Below are positions 46,651-60,100 of a stretch of DNA of 64,000 nt, piece by piece. The stretch spans positions 34,038,001-34,102,000 of the forward strand of contig OZ004607.1 in NCBI GenBank assembly GCA_963924565.1, written 5' to 3'. The translations under genes and the position numbers were made by a program. This DNA comes from Ascidiella aspersa (lineage: Eukaryota). Each line of letters begins with the position of its first letter. Position 1 is the first letter of the stretch. The notes below the pieces were generated by a model that saw only the letters and a list, made by a program, of their open reading frames with translations, had not been told where the DNA came from and did not search any database.

Positions 46651-49600
46651 ATTTTTTCTTTGCTCGGCGTCGTGACCGGCGCCCTGTTGTAGTAAGCAGT
46701 AGTAGCGTACATCGTCCTCTCCCACACAGAGCTGCGCTTTCGTTCGCGAAGGCGAATACGTGCAGGTTGGTTGCGATTGCGTGGGACGTTTTTTTAGGCA
46801 GTCGTGACTGACTGCTCCTGCCTTACAGCGCTACGAAATGCTTGACGAAACAAACCACATTTCTTCAAAGAACACACCGCTTGTTTTTTTCCTTCATTCA
46901 TGTACGTTTTTGCGCAAAATCTACAATTTGCTTGCACGCTATATTGCAAGATATCAGTGTCCAAATTACCGGTAAAATGATTTCCGAACTTCTTATTTTA
47001 TTTTGATTCAGCTATAACGAACGTTCTTCTAGCTTGTAAAATAAGTTGTATGCCTAAAACTTGTTTTTGGAAATACGTGTCACATCGTTTAAGAAAACGT
47101 AAAGGGCCGGCAAGACCTGATTGCAGCATTTTACATTTTTTGTGCCCTCTTTAACTGTCTCTGGGATCTTTATATTAATTTGTAAACCTTTTTATAATAT
47201 TCTGTGTGTTATATGACTGAATTTATTTCAAGCATTCACCCTTCAAGAAAGTGTTTTTTTCGTACATCGTCTAATTGCAGTCTGAAATTTTGGAGTGATT
47301 TTGAAATATCAAGTCATTTCGCCCCGAAGACCGAATTTAAGTCAAGTCAATAATTGCACTTCAGCAGTGGTATATTTGTATTTAATTCAACCTAAACAGT
47401 GGCATTATCGCACTGACGTCAAATTTGGTCTTTTCGTTTGAAACACGCTGCTGATATGTGCTTTTATGATAATCAATTCAAAACCGATCGATCCACTTTG
47501 CTTACAAAATTGTTCTACTCTCTATTTTGTCATCTAGTAATGAAACTCTTTTACATATATGAGCGTATTTCGAAGTTTCATTAGTTTACCGAGATGAGGC
47601 TGACCCAAAAACTCGTGATTCGACTCCCACATAAATTCATTTAATGCCGATTAGTGAATATTTTGAAGTGTAGAAAATAGTGTTATGACTTCTGCTGAAA
47701 TATAATCAGAAAAGATTGCACAACTGGTTTGAAATACGTTCAGGAATGCCAAAATTGGCAACTATATACTATTTTGTCATCTTGTGTCGTTACACAGCTC
47801 ATCCCCTTTTAAAACTGAAATCAGTCATTTGCGTAATTTTCCGTTTATGTTATTCCTGTTTTCAATGTCGGATTCGTCTCGTAGCCTTTGTGTAAAAACG
47901 TGCTCGTAGAAATTGTTTCGGCGGAACTTGAACAACCGGCGCCTTTGCTTATTATTCTAAATATAATCCCTAAGGCCGATAATACAATAGCGCAGCGTAT
48001 AAAATTAGTCAAACGGAAGCAGCCTATGCTATACGAGAGTTAATCAAAAAGTAAATTCAAATCACAGGAAGGCTTTTATCCGGAGAGGGTTTGTTTTTTT
48101 TTCAGCGGGGAGAGGCGCCAATTTCTTCTTTCGCGTTTCCTTGATTTCAGGTTGTGACGCATCGAAAATTACGCGCCCGGACTTCGAAACACGTCGCAAG
48201 GGTTTTTGCTGCGCCCCGAACGTGGATATAGTTGCGATTGCACAGGGCACGATTAGGCCTGAAAGTTTTGCAACACGTGCTGTGTGTGAAGTTCGCTTTC
48301 CGTGGACTCACTTTTGTTTCTTATATTGCTATTTGTAAGCTTAACGCATTAAACATATATTGCTTTTTTGCAAGTTTAACGCATGAAGTGAGTTATATGT
48401 TCGTCATTTCGAAGGCGCTCTTCGAGATGGCCCGTAACTCTTTGTAATGCCCCCTTTGTATTTTAAGTAGAGTGGTCATGTTGCCAAATAATATAAGTAG
48501 AGACGTAATTCATTTGTTAACCTGAACAAAAATGAATATTGTTGCAACAAATTGAAGTAAGAACGTTTTTGAACAAACCATTTATTTAGCGAATTGTAAT
48601 AGAAATGCACATAGAAATGGTGGTAGTGAATAGTTTTGCAAGCAATAAAAGTAACATATTTTTAAACAGCCAAAATTAAAATATATATTTTAACTGTATG
48701 AGATCCAAAAGAGAATGGATTTTATGTTTACGATCTGCTTATGAATTCCAAAAAACATAACTGCACAACTTGCTATTAAGAAATTTCTCTTTTCCGACAC
48801 CAGCTATAATGGAATCCATTAAACCTTTTGGTTTGTAGTCATATCTTCACGTACTATTACGAGGGATATGTCCGTTGATACCGTACCGAAGTGAAACCCA
48901 ATGCCTTAAGTGGTAGTGTTACACGGAAAGTTTATTCGATTTTATGTGTTGTTTGCACCATTGCATTTTCACTTGCTTTCCTACTCATCTTCACTCTTGC
49001 GGCACCTTGTTTTTCACCTGTTTATTTCTTATCTTTTCACGTTTTACCTTGACACCTTCTTATCGTTGGCACCTCCTTCACTCACACCTTTTTCTTATTG
49101 CTCAGAATTTTAGTAAAGATTGTGTGGATGGGGACAGTCAGGTTTGGGCAGGCTGGGAGAACCTTTCGTTATTTCCACGTCAGAGCTCTCTTTGTGACGC
49201 TGGCCGCATACAGTTTTCGCCTTTAATATTTCTTATTTACGCTGACTGCATTTAATACAATAATAGTAGACGCCTCGTGTAGTGCTCAGGCATCCGACAG
49301 GCCGTCAAGTAGAGAGTCCTGAATATTTAACGTAACAGTAGTATCGGTAGTCGTTCGATCCTGTATAAGGCGGTATTTAAGGAAGTCCTTTACTTAACAT
49401 TATATTTCGATACCGATACCCAATTTTGAAGTTTCGCGACCGTATCCGGTACCTAATTGGGTCAATACTATGCTCAAATAAGGAAAATAGATAAAATTGA
49501 AACGTCCAAAGGTAGTTTTATGGTTTTAAGGCGAAACTTTAATTTTTTTGCGTTGAAAGTTCAGTTACCTTCTGTTATTTTTGATCGCAAATGATGGCTG

Positions 49601-49734
49601 AAATTTAAAAATTAATTTGCACCGATACCACCCTAGTATCGGACGATTACCGATACTACCAGTAGGTATCGGGTATCGGCTTCAATCCGATATTATCATA
49701 CATCCCTAAGGGTATCGGGTCTGATTCTGTAAAA

Positions 49735-50022
49735 CAGCGTGGTCCACCTGCAGGCCCGCGGGCTTTTTTTGGCCCGCGAACTGATAGTCAGCTTTGCTTC
49801 AATCTAGCAATATTACTTAAATTTTTGTTTTTTTAATTTTTTCATGTTGAAATTATTTCATAACTACCGTAGCTGAACGTAGGTATAAAGTTAGTATATA
49901 CGCCATAGACTATGTATAATTTGCCAGCAACAAGCCTAAGAATCGCAATTTAAAAACATTGGCCCGCAAGATAAAATAAACCTTGTTTTTGGCCCGCGAT
50001 GAAAAGAAGTTGGACCACCCTG
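49735..50022. mobile_element. hAT-Charlie-like MITE with GGCCCGC motifs
   Basis: TIRs CAGCGTGGTCCA / TGGACCACCCTG; TSD CTGTAAAA/CGGTAAAA; four GGCCCGC motifs. Confidence 0.8.
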
Positions 50023-51046
50023 CGGTAAAAAATTAATTTCAACATGTCAGCCATGGTTTGCCATCTTGAGCTTTTCCACATTGAAAAGTGTTTCTTTTTT
50101 AGCAAATAGCATGTTTACAATAAATGTAACTATACGGTTCTTAGAGCTAAAGCAATTTGTTGCGTAACAACTCGTGAAACATCACGTTCGTATATCTATT
50201 TGTTTGCACGTTTGAATATAGTACTGATGTAATTTGGTTCCGGATGGGATAGCAGTACTTTTGCCAAACGTATCTAGAATTGGTATCGAAATAATTAAAA
50301 AAAAACGAGTGTTGTAATATAATATTGCTCACGTACGTCGTCGGCAGACTCATTATTACGTAGATACCTCGTCGCCGCGAAACGTTTTCAACGAAGCTTA
50401 CTGGAAAAGAAACAAAACAGCAACGTTTCATTAGTCACCGGTCACGGTTCCGCGAAATCGATCGACAAAAAAACACGAAGTAAACACGAATCGGCAGCCT
50501 TGAAAGGTTCGCGGGCGACGCGTGTTGTTGTTTAATGCAAATGGCTTGCCGGTCGTTGCCAAACGTGAAAGCTTTCCGGCGCTCCTTTACGAAGAAAGCG
50601 CGCAGGCGGTTTACTCACAGGGCCCCTGGGCGTCACGGAGCGCCTTAAGCGCCGGCACGCAAATAGGCCTGAGCGTGAGCGCCAAAGTACAAGCGTGGAC
50701 CCGAACTGGCCGGGGTGGCGCCGCGGTCAAACTCACGAGCGATTGGGTCGAGCTCATTTCAATACAAGCGACGCAGTGTATTAAGCCGAAAATGCAAGGC
50801 ACGACGTCGTCGCTATTCTGTGTAAGTGTCGCTTGCAGGAAGAGAGTTCGCGTTTTACGTTTTACTCGAATAAGGTATAACTGGCTCACTGTGGAAGTCG
50901 TTTACTGCATCGGAGTAGAATTCTGCGTTTTTTCGAGGAAAACCTGTTGTTTTAAACAGTGTCACTGAATGCAAATAACACTAATATTTACAAACCTTCT
51001 CCAATATCAATTGTAAAATTGCTCTATCAACATAATTTTATTAAAG

Positions 51047-51087
51047 TGTCAATGTTTCGATGACCTATTCGGGCAATCGTCTTCAGG
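51047..51087 (-). other. Degenerate minimal hammerhead-ribozyme motif (Penelope-like element remnant)
   Basis: Minus strand CTGAAGA-C-GATTGCC-CGAATA-GGTCATC-GAAAC-ATTGAC, followed by AATAAA. Confidence 0.5.
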
Positions 51088-54000
51088 CCAATGTAATCTC
51101 CAATATATTTGCCCTCAACCAGCACCAGAAGCTAAAGGTAAAAATGTTTACTTACTTTCCAGCTTCAACTCGGGCTTTACCACCGTGGTGGCAACTGCTT
51201 CCTAGTGGAAACGAGGATTGGGCTCAAACAGTTTACTGACTTGTTCCATCCCCCCTAACCTTCTTTACTTTACTTACATTTTACTTCTAATAAAAAAAAG
51301 AGTTCCGGCTAGGACTTTTCAAAGATACTTCGTATTTTCCTGAATACAAATACCACATTATTCGGAAAAAAATACCCACTGGCGCAATTCATAACCAATG
51401 CCTTCATTTCTGCCGATACGTAACTTCAGCATTCTGTGTTTTAGAATACACTTGATAGTTTCAAACATTTGTTCTTGTGTTTTCTGTAAAATATTAAAAA
51501 ACTTACAGTGTTGGAAAGGAAATACTTCCTAAAATAAACATCAATAAAAATAATATTATACCAACTTTGCAATATCCTAACTAAACCGAGTCGAGTGTAC
51601 AACTTGCATCTCAGTGACATCGACCCAATTCGATTTGCAGAACTAAGGCATAGCGCTCCCTAGCGCCCAAATCAGATACGCTGGTACCATTGATTTATTT
51701 CCCAGCTTTGCCCGAGAATGATCCCATTTGCGATGCCTTCAGGCCCACTTTGGGGCGCGCGGGCATGTCGCGAGTTCATGAAAGCTAGATTGGCGTGACG
51801 CGTTAAGAGCTTGTTAAGGTGACTATGATCGATTTGGTCTCTTCACGTGCTACAGCCACAAGCAGACCGATTTACATACACAGATCGGGCAGATTGCTGG
51901 GAAACGATTAACGCACCACGGAATCGTTTGGAAGGAGCGCATTTTTTGTTGTTGATGCTGGCGATTGTGTTTATTGCTGTGATTGTGTTTAATGAGAGAT
52001 TGCCATAAAAAAGGGGTTTTGTTAAGATGATCTGTCATATAGACTCATTGACAAGTCAATTAGAAAAACACTTGAGTCCAAGCAAGTAAATTTTATTCAA
52101 GAACAAGTTAAGTTCCAGTCCAAGTCATTGCAGTCGCAAGTCAATTCCAAGTCAAGTCATATATATTATCTATTTAAATTAACATTATTTCCTTTAATAA
52201 GATTTTTCCTAAAAATGTAAATCAATTGAGTTGTTTTTTCCAAAAAATCTTACGTTAAAGTCATTTCAAAACAGTGACTCAAGTGCATTTAAGTCAAGTC
52301 ATTCAAGTCATTACAATGTTGGTGATGGGAGCTTTGAGGGGTGTGTGCTTGTAAAGGCTCCATAAACTCACTCGAAATGTCTTGGCAATAATTAACCCAA
52401 AGTTTAGTAAGATTTTGCACGTTAATTAAACTTTCCCCATTCCTCTCTACGTTAACCTATAATCTCCACCACTTACGTAAGTTAAATCTTTTGTATTTTT
52501 ACAAACAGAACCAGATAATTCCATCAAGTCAGAACCCAAATATTATATTACACGTGGTCTTTAATACCTAGAACAAGCATTTCGAGCAATCTATTTACAC
52601 TTCCTATTTTGTTTTTATAAGAGAAGTTTTTTTCGGTCCAATTCCTAAAAAATGAACATTGCAATAATTGGGCTATGCGATTATGAAATCGAGTTATTAC
52701 TTTGCAAGGTTTGATACTAAGCTGGAATTTGTTGAGGTCACGACAGTTATTTCTGTAATTCACTAAACATCATAGGGTCGCGCCAATTTCGTCGAATGAA
52801 TCCTTAAGCGGTATTTCGTCCAACCGCGTGTAAAAGCCCCTTCCGATTCGCTTGAAGTGTAAAAACGTATAGCTGTGATGCTTGTTCGACACGAAAACTT
52901 TAACGCAAATCGAAAGCTGATTTTCGTGCTTGGCTCGATTCTGCCACAAGTCGTGCCCGACCCTTTATAAATTGGTTTGTGTTCCAGCGTGCTTTTATTT
53001 TGCAGTCGTCATGTTTGGCGCATGTCCCACACTTCTGAAAACTTACTACTATACGCACCACACCAGACCACGGCACACTTAAGAAATATCAAACATCCTG
53101 AGTGCCAGGCGCGGATCAAGGAATATCGTTTGGGGTGCCATGCATTTATTTCAGAGTTGACGTCGCAAAGTTACGTCATACTCTGACGTCATAAAGTTAT
53201 ATATAAACGTGACTTAATGAAAATTAACCTCATAAACACGACACCATTCGTTTATTTTGTTATAGTTTTACAGTGGACAGGTTTTACCTTTAAAACAAAA
53301 GCTACAACGATGTTATAGATTTGATGTTTTTATAAAAGTTTTTCCATTTACTCAGTTAAAATAGGCAAAAATACAGTTTAGGGAATGTATGGCTACAAAA
53401 ACATTATGTGTTGTTGATTGTTTTTGACTGAGTAACATGCGGATTAATAAACATGCGGATTATGTTTCATTGACTATAAGTAGCCTAACATACGGACAAC
53501 TTGTAATACCAAGATTAAAATTTTAAGAAACTGTTGTTGAAGAAAAAGCATTATCGTTTGGTTCAGGATTCATGCCTGTTCGAACAAACCTCATTGTTTT
53601 CAAATTTGCAGTTCTGGTTTTCGCCTTTAGTTTATTGTTAATTGTATTCCAAACAAAATTACAATTGTCATATAAACGCAAAACTAATGGATTTAAACAA
53701 ACACCTTGCTTGTTTAAAGAAAATCATGCTTTTCATTAATTTCTTGAACTTACGCTTGCAAACGAAACCGGTACGGTCGCAGCAGTGCACCAACCTTATA
53801 AAAACTTGTTTTTATCTCCTGAGCTCTTGTGCGTCAGCGAGCGGCAATTAATCATCTGGAATTACATCATTTCATGATGACCGTTTGAATGGATTGCGAC
53901 AAAACGCGTGATTGCAAAACCTCGGACGAATGTTTGGCCTTAAGCAGCGAACCAATAATAAGCGAAGTTTGCTCCCTGTGGAGTCTTACCTGATTTAGTA

Positions 54001-57000
54001 GGATCCCCCCTTTTTCCTAGGTTAACCTGTATTTTTTAGCAGTATAAGTAAATATTAAAATCAGAGGACTGGGCCCAGACCACCACTAACTTTGTTCATA
54101 AACTCCCGGCCTCTTCTTGGCTAATGAGAAGAATCAAGCCTTATCTGTTTTCTTTACATTTTCTTACTTTCTCTTGGTTAAGTTCACCATTGGTGAACAA
54201 AAATATTATTAGTAATTTTAAGCGTTCAATCAATAGTGGCGAAAATCAAAAGTTTAAGGGAATTTTGTAGCATGTAGGCCTAAGCTACAAAAGCGCAGCA
54301 AGGTTGCAGAATTATTTCAATTTGTGCACTAATGGTCACGTTGCGATGTACCATGTTATCTCTGACTATACAACCGCATAACACCAAAGTTTTTATTTTA
54401 AAATCCGCTTGCTAATTAAGGTGGTTCGTTGGTTAAAATTCTCTCTAAGGTCAGAAAATAAAGCACCAACAAATTATTTAACTACACATGGGCTCACCAC
54501 GGACATACATTTTTTTTACCAATTAATCATTGACTGATTATAAGCTAAAATTAACATCATACATTTTTTATAAGTGTCAAAATCTCCCTTTTTAAGCAAA
54601 TTTGGAGTCAAGACCGCATGAAATTTATTAATACGTAACTTGGTTATAGCTATACGTCAAATGTTTAGTAGTCTTATTTCCTGAGTTTCGCATTGTCGTT
54701 TTCGGCATTGAAGTACTCTTTTGAAACGTAAAAGAGTCACAAAGGGTTCAGAAACCTTACATGAGGGGGCCATAATCCCTATGAAAAGTTGAGGAACACT
54801 GCTCTAAACCATCAGTGCTTTTCAACAGTTTTTTATGGTAGATCCTTAACAAATAAATAATTTACTTTCGCACATCATTGCACAAAAGGAAAACAAAGCT
54901 AGCAAATTGGTTGCTTGGAGGAGTTATCATGTGTTTGTCTCATATCGTGCCTCGACAAAACAGAACAAATACACATAGACCAGGATGCCAGGCCATCCTT
55001 ATAGCAAATAAAATAAGGATAATAAAAATAAATCAGATATATTTAAGATATGAACTAATATAGATGCAATCGGTATACCTTTATCAGGGATGTCCGATAC
55101 TTGACATTTTATTACGATGACGATAACGCTTGGCCGTTTCTATTTTTTTATTTAGTTATATATGAGTTTTGTGACGACGAATAAGTGTTGCTTGTATCCC
55201 AATCATCGCGCAGTTTAATACGTCACAGAGGCAAAACAAAATCGGTTCGGTGGCAGAAGGCGCGACGCGGCATCTCTGTTGCGTCACGCGTCACGCGGGC
55301 GGGAAAAAATCTCGGACAAAAATTCCGCAGCGATTTGTCTCGGAGGAAGCCGCCTCTTTGAGATTTGCGTGAATCCCGCTCGAGTCCGAAGCAGGAGATT
55401 CGGTGGTGCTTGGAGAACTTGGAGGGGGATGGAGCTGTGGGGGTTTCCCTCGCTTCCGCGCGTGCACGGGAGTTTACGCACACACGCGCGCGCGCACGCG
55501 ACAATTGCTAAATGCCAGATCACAATTCAATAAGTCAGTGATTTTTCAGTTTCGTTTTTTCAAGGAAATAACTTCCCAGTACTTCTTGTAATGCAGTGGT
55601 TCCAGGGATAATATCGGTGTTGTAACATAGTCAATGATTTAGGAGCACTTAAGTGACTGTTTTTAAATGACTTTCCTCGATTGAAGTATTTTGGGCAACA
55701 CCCAGAATTGGCTCGCCGACTGCAGTTGTTCACATGGTTCGATTCATATGTTTGTAAGCAAGTTTGCACTTAAATTTAAGGAGATCGCGGAAGTAACACG
55801 AAGACGCTCATATAAATTAAATTTGAACTTATTTTTAACGTGTTTTGTTCACTTTTTGCTTAACAAAAAAGTTCATTGAGTCATTTATGGCGCTAAAGTT
55901 TTGTTGATATACTTGCGCTTAGTGTTTGAGTCGCAGCGAAAACGATTAAGAAACACTGTGTTAGACGGAAGGGCGTTGATTGATTACCACTGGAAACACC
56001 GTTTTTTTGCCTTGGAATTTACACACTTCTCGAGAGCTTACGCAATCGAGATGTATTTCCTGTGCCATACCCATTAGTCTCCAGAAGTTTTTGTATAATA
56101 AAACGAGGTTCAATCAAAACATGACCGAGATTTTAATACTTCCTTCTTTGCTTTAAATATTGATTACTGAATTAAAAAATGCAGCAATATTGAAAATTAA
56201 TGGTATAGGTTATGACGTATAGTTAGGCTTGCTCTTAGCTAAGATGTTGTTTTCATCCCCCTAACGCACAAAATTTTGCGCGTAATTCTATAAAAACCGA
56301 CCTGTTTGTGCCACTTGATGTTCTCACTTCTCACACTACGTTTTGCAAAGGCCTACTTAGAAAAATGGTTTCTTCTCGTTGCAGCGCTTTACTGCCGCAA
56401 CGATAAAAAATAGGCATTATTGTAAACGCTAGATGTCGCTTTAAAGTCACGAATCGGTCGAATTGGTTAGCGTCAGTAGGTTAAACTTATTCTGAAATCT
56501 GGACATCTTTCTCCGTACAAAGAGGATGTTTATGCATTCGTAGCACCTTGATAATCAGCGCAAGTGACAGAAAACACTAACACGGCTGATTTTGTTTGTT
56601 ATGGTTTGTGCGCACATCCGTCCTTCATTTCCGTTCCTCAATTAACTGCGGTTGGTATTTTCAGAGGTAGGCTTTCAATTTTTTAATTTTCAAACGTCAT
56701 TCAAAACGACGCCGAAAATTTGAGCCGTTCTAGAAATCGTTTTAGTGTATTTCCTAAAACCCCAACTTGTTTTCCAGCAATAATAAGTTGATTTAAAAAA
56801 TCTCAATTTTTTCCCAAAAACATTTTTCTCTTCCTAAAGTCCTTAACCTATTTATAAAATGGTCTACCTATTTCTCCAAATTCCAAGGTTTAATCCGAAA
56901 TAAAATCACATATTCTAAAAACCTCATATTGTCGCTTTTGAACCACAATTTATTTAGGGGATTATTTTTTCCTAAATGCATTAATTGCTTAAAACCTTAC

Positions 57001-59899
57001 TTTCATCCACAAAATTCCACTTTTGTTCCTTACGACGCTAATTTACACCTTACACACAATACTTTCCCGTGCGGTTTGGCCAACCTGCCTAATCTGACCT
57101 TAAAGGCCTGAAAATCAATTGACCTCCAAAGCGATGGCGAATCAGCAAAAAATCCAAAACCAAAAAGAAAACAACCCGATCTCAGGAGATGGTCTGCGTT
57201 CCTCCGTGCAAGATCCCCTCGGAATTGATCACGATCGGTTTGAGGGGGGAGGGGGGTCGCAAATCTCGCGTTTATCGCGCTTATTGTGACGTCAAAGTGG
57301 AGGCTTGTTTTGCTAAGAGATCGCGGCGCGAAATTAGCGCGCGACGTTGACACTTTAAACGGGCAATCGCGTGCCTGGCGACTCGGCGGTCGAGGAACGG
57401 CGTCGCGAGCTGTTGGGGAGATGTTGACGCGATGCAATACACCTTTCCTTGTCCTTTTGTCCGCCTGTTGCTGCTGAAAAATCTGGCTTTGGTGGCAATT
57501 CACTGCTGTAGTGTGGGAATTTCGAGGGTCTATTTTTTTCGTCAGGGGGGGGGGGCATTTTTTTATTTTTTTTAAATGGCAAAATATAGCTTTTTTGGGG
57601 GCAGATAGCTTTCGTATTTCGCCCGGCTCGTTTATCTACAGTAAATACATTGCGAAAACGGATTGGACGTGGCCCTGTCTATGGGTAAACGTTATAAATG
57701 ACTTTTCCTGTTTTGGTCATGGGTACAAATGTTCGTATCTGCGGAAAAATTTTGAAAATGTTTATTGAATAAACTCCTCTGGCAATTCGAGTCAATATAT
57801 CCCAATTTCCTTGTAAATCCATAACCGCTTTTGTAAATGACCTACTGACAGCTTGAGGCCTTATCCGTACTTTTTTGTGGTTTCTATTGATTTTCGGTTG
57901 TCAAATTGACTATGTCTATTAATTTGGCATCGACAAAGAGGCTTTTAAAAAACAATACAGTCTGTATACACTTAGTTCGTAACAGATCGCAAAAAGCGGG
58001 GACCAACACAGATTGAAAATAAAGAAGATGTTAAAAGTTCGACAAGCCAACTTGAAAACTTTCTCCTTTCATAATAATATTTATAAATTCGCAACAGCAA
58101 GAAAGCATAACAGTAGGGCACTGTTTTCCCAATTGGGATCGCCCCAAAGTTACTGAGAACGGCCCTGGTATAAAACTGAACGTGCCGGAAAACGTTGTTA
58201 ACTTGCCTTTGCAGTGACAGTTTCCGTTCCACGCCTTTCGATTCGATTGCTGATTGGTCAATCAAGGCTTTAGATGCGAGCCGCCTTCCGCGTAAGGACT
58301 TTCGCAAAAAAACGCCTTTCGTCTTGACAAGTGTCACATAAGCTGTCAATCTAAAGCGGGCGTGAAATCGTCCAGGGATTGGGGGCCTGATCGCCATTTA
58401 ATTGTGCCAAGCGTGCGCGGCATGCCTGTAAGTGACGCAGACCAGTACATGTCAACCATGCGCGTCACATCTGGAACAAGATGTTGGACTTAGATCTGAC
58501 GCCCCCTGACAAACATCTGGCTTATTATTCGCACGAACGCACCCGAATTTGGCCGGGGCTGATGATGTTTTATTGCTTTGGAGTCCTACTCGGAACCCCT
58601 GGTGGTAAATAAATTTTTGAGGTTGGTCTTATCTTGTGAGAATTGACCGCGCCGTATTTTTGCGTTGTCACACGCGCCGGACACGACACGCCATTTATGG
58701 TCACGACATGATGCATTAGGTTGGTCGGTGTGGTCGACACGACTTGTCGGTGTCATTTTTCGAATACTTACAACATAGAAAATGACTGGCAACAAAAGTT
58801 TCCATTGTTAGATTCATCTAAAAAAATGATTTACCTTAGCTGGTTGAAGTTCTTAATTATTATTTTTTTTAACTTTATACAACAACTAAGAATATTGCAG
58901 TTACGCAGTAAATGACACCATACGTAACTTTTACCTTAAGTTACTTAGATCTTACCAAACTTTTTTAATTTTTTTTTAGAATTTTTGATTTCTAGAAATT
59001 ATAAATCAAAAATAAACACCAAAAAAAATAAAATAAAACAACTCTTATCAAAAATAAATAAACAACTTAAACAACCAGTTACCTTTACTGATATTAATAA
59101 AAAAGTCGCACAACTACTTGTTTAAAGTTGTTTGTTTTTAATTAGAAATTGACGAATTAACTATTGTGTTAAATTTTATATACATAAAAAGGTCGTTCAG
59201 AAAAAAAGTGCCTGCAAGTTTGACAATATCCCCGGAGTTTATGATGGTTTGTTTTTGTTAGCAAGATTCCCTGAAAAGGTTACATTCTAAACGCGTTAGC
59301 AAACAACTAAATCGCCTGCGATACCAATCGTCACACTGTCGAGCGAATTTGCCAGATAATTCTTGGCAAATAGAGCCAAAGTCACTTTATAGTCTGTAAG
59401 AAGAATAGCTGCTGTACTGTTAAAAAATATGCTTGTGGTCGTCTTTCTGGGTTTAATTGAAAATGTTGAATTGAATTTACCAGAAAATTCTCGGCAAAAG
59501 GATCCCTATCAGACTAAAAGCGTGGCACAAAATGTACGATTTGAGACAAGGGACGTGTATATGATTTCGAGACAAGGGGCGTATATAAGATTAAGCAACG
59601 ACCGTTTTTGCCTCAATATTCATGTCAACTTTACTTGGCACGCGAGAACAAGTTTTTTCTATCGAAAGAGCATTTCACTTTTCGTTGAAGGTACCGCGTG
59701 TGACGTAATAGTTCGAATCGAGTCACATTTCTCTCCTTGTCTCGACGTCACACGCACCAAGAACGTAAACGTTGACGTCGTTTCATTGAGCGTCGGGCAA
59801 ATTAGACTACAAATCGCTTTCGGCCCTATGTAAATTTAGTGCCGGTAATCCTTCCTATTTGCGATAACGCTGACAGGTTGTCGGGCAAGATGGTTTATG

Positions 59900-60100
59900 A
59901 AACTGGTTGAACTGGTGTTTTCGCCCCCAAACTGGATTCCAGATTAAAGTTATATTATCTGCAACATTAAGATGATTAAGGGTGGATGACACCTCATTTA
60001 AAGGGAGAAAGTTACAAACGGAAGAAAGGGGTTTTCTTAAAACGTCTGGCCACATTTTGTCTCGTATTGAACCTGTACAGAAGTATTTCCGTGACTGATA
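59900..60100 (+). mobile_element. Possible highly decayed CR1/L2 LINE RT C-terminal fragment
   Basis: The short frame HILSRIEPVQKYF resembles the CR1 'IEsVQrxFT' motif; it is interrupted by stops. Confidence 0.25.

Noticed and set aside
50860-50900. GAATAAG|GTA resembling the Ciona spliced-leader exon end
   Set aside because: The 5' part does not match, no Sm-site-like motif follows, and it is a single copy.
50522-50968. 148-aa plus-strand ORF
   Set aside because: Non-ATG start, no recognisable domain, open frames on both strands explained by local GC richness.
57894-57934. Hairpin TCGGTTGTCAAATTGA..TTAATTTGGCATCGA as a pre-miRNA
   Set aside because: The stem is only about 15 bp and I recognise no known mature miRNA.
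57030-58397. 157-aa and 141-aa minus-strand ORFs
   Set aside because: No homology or exon-chain support; they are chance ORFs in CpG islands.
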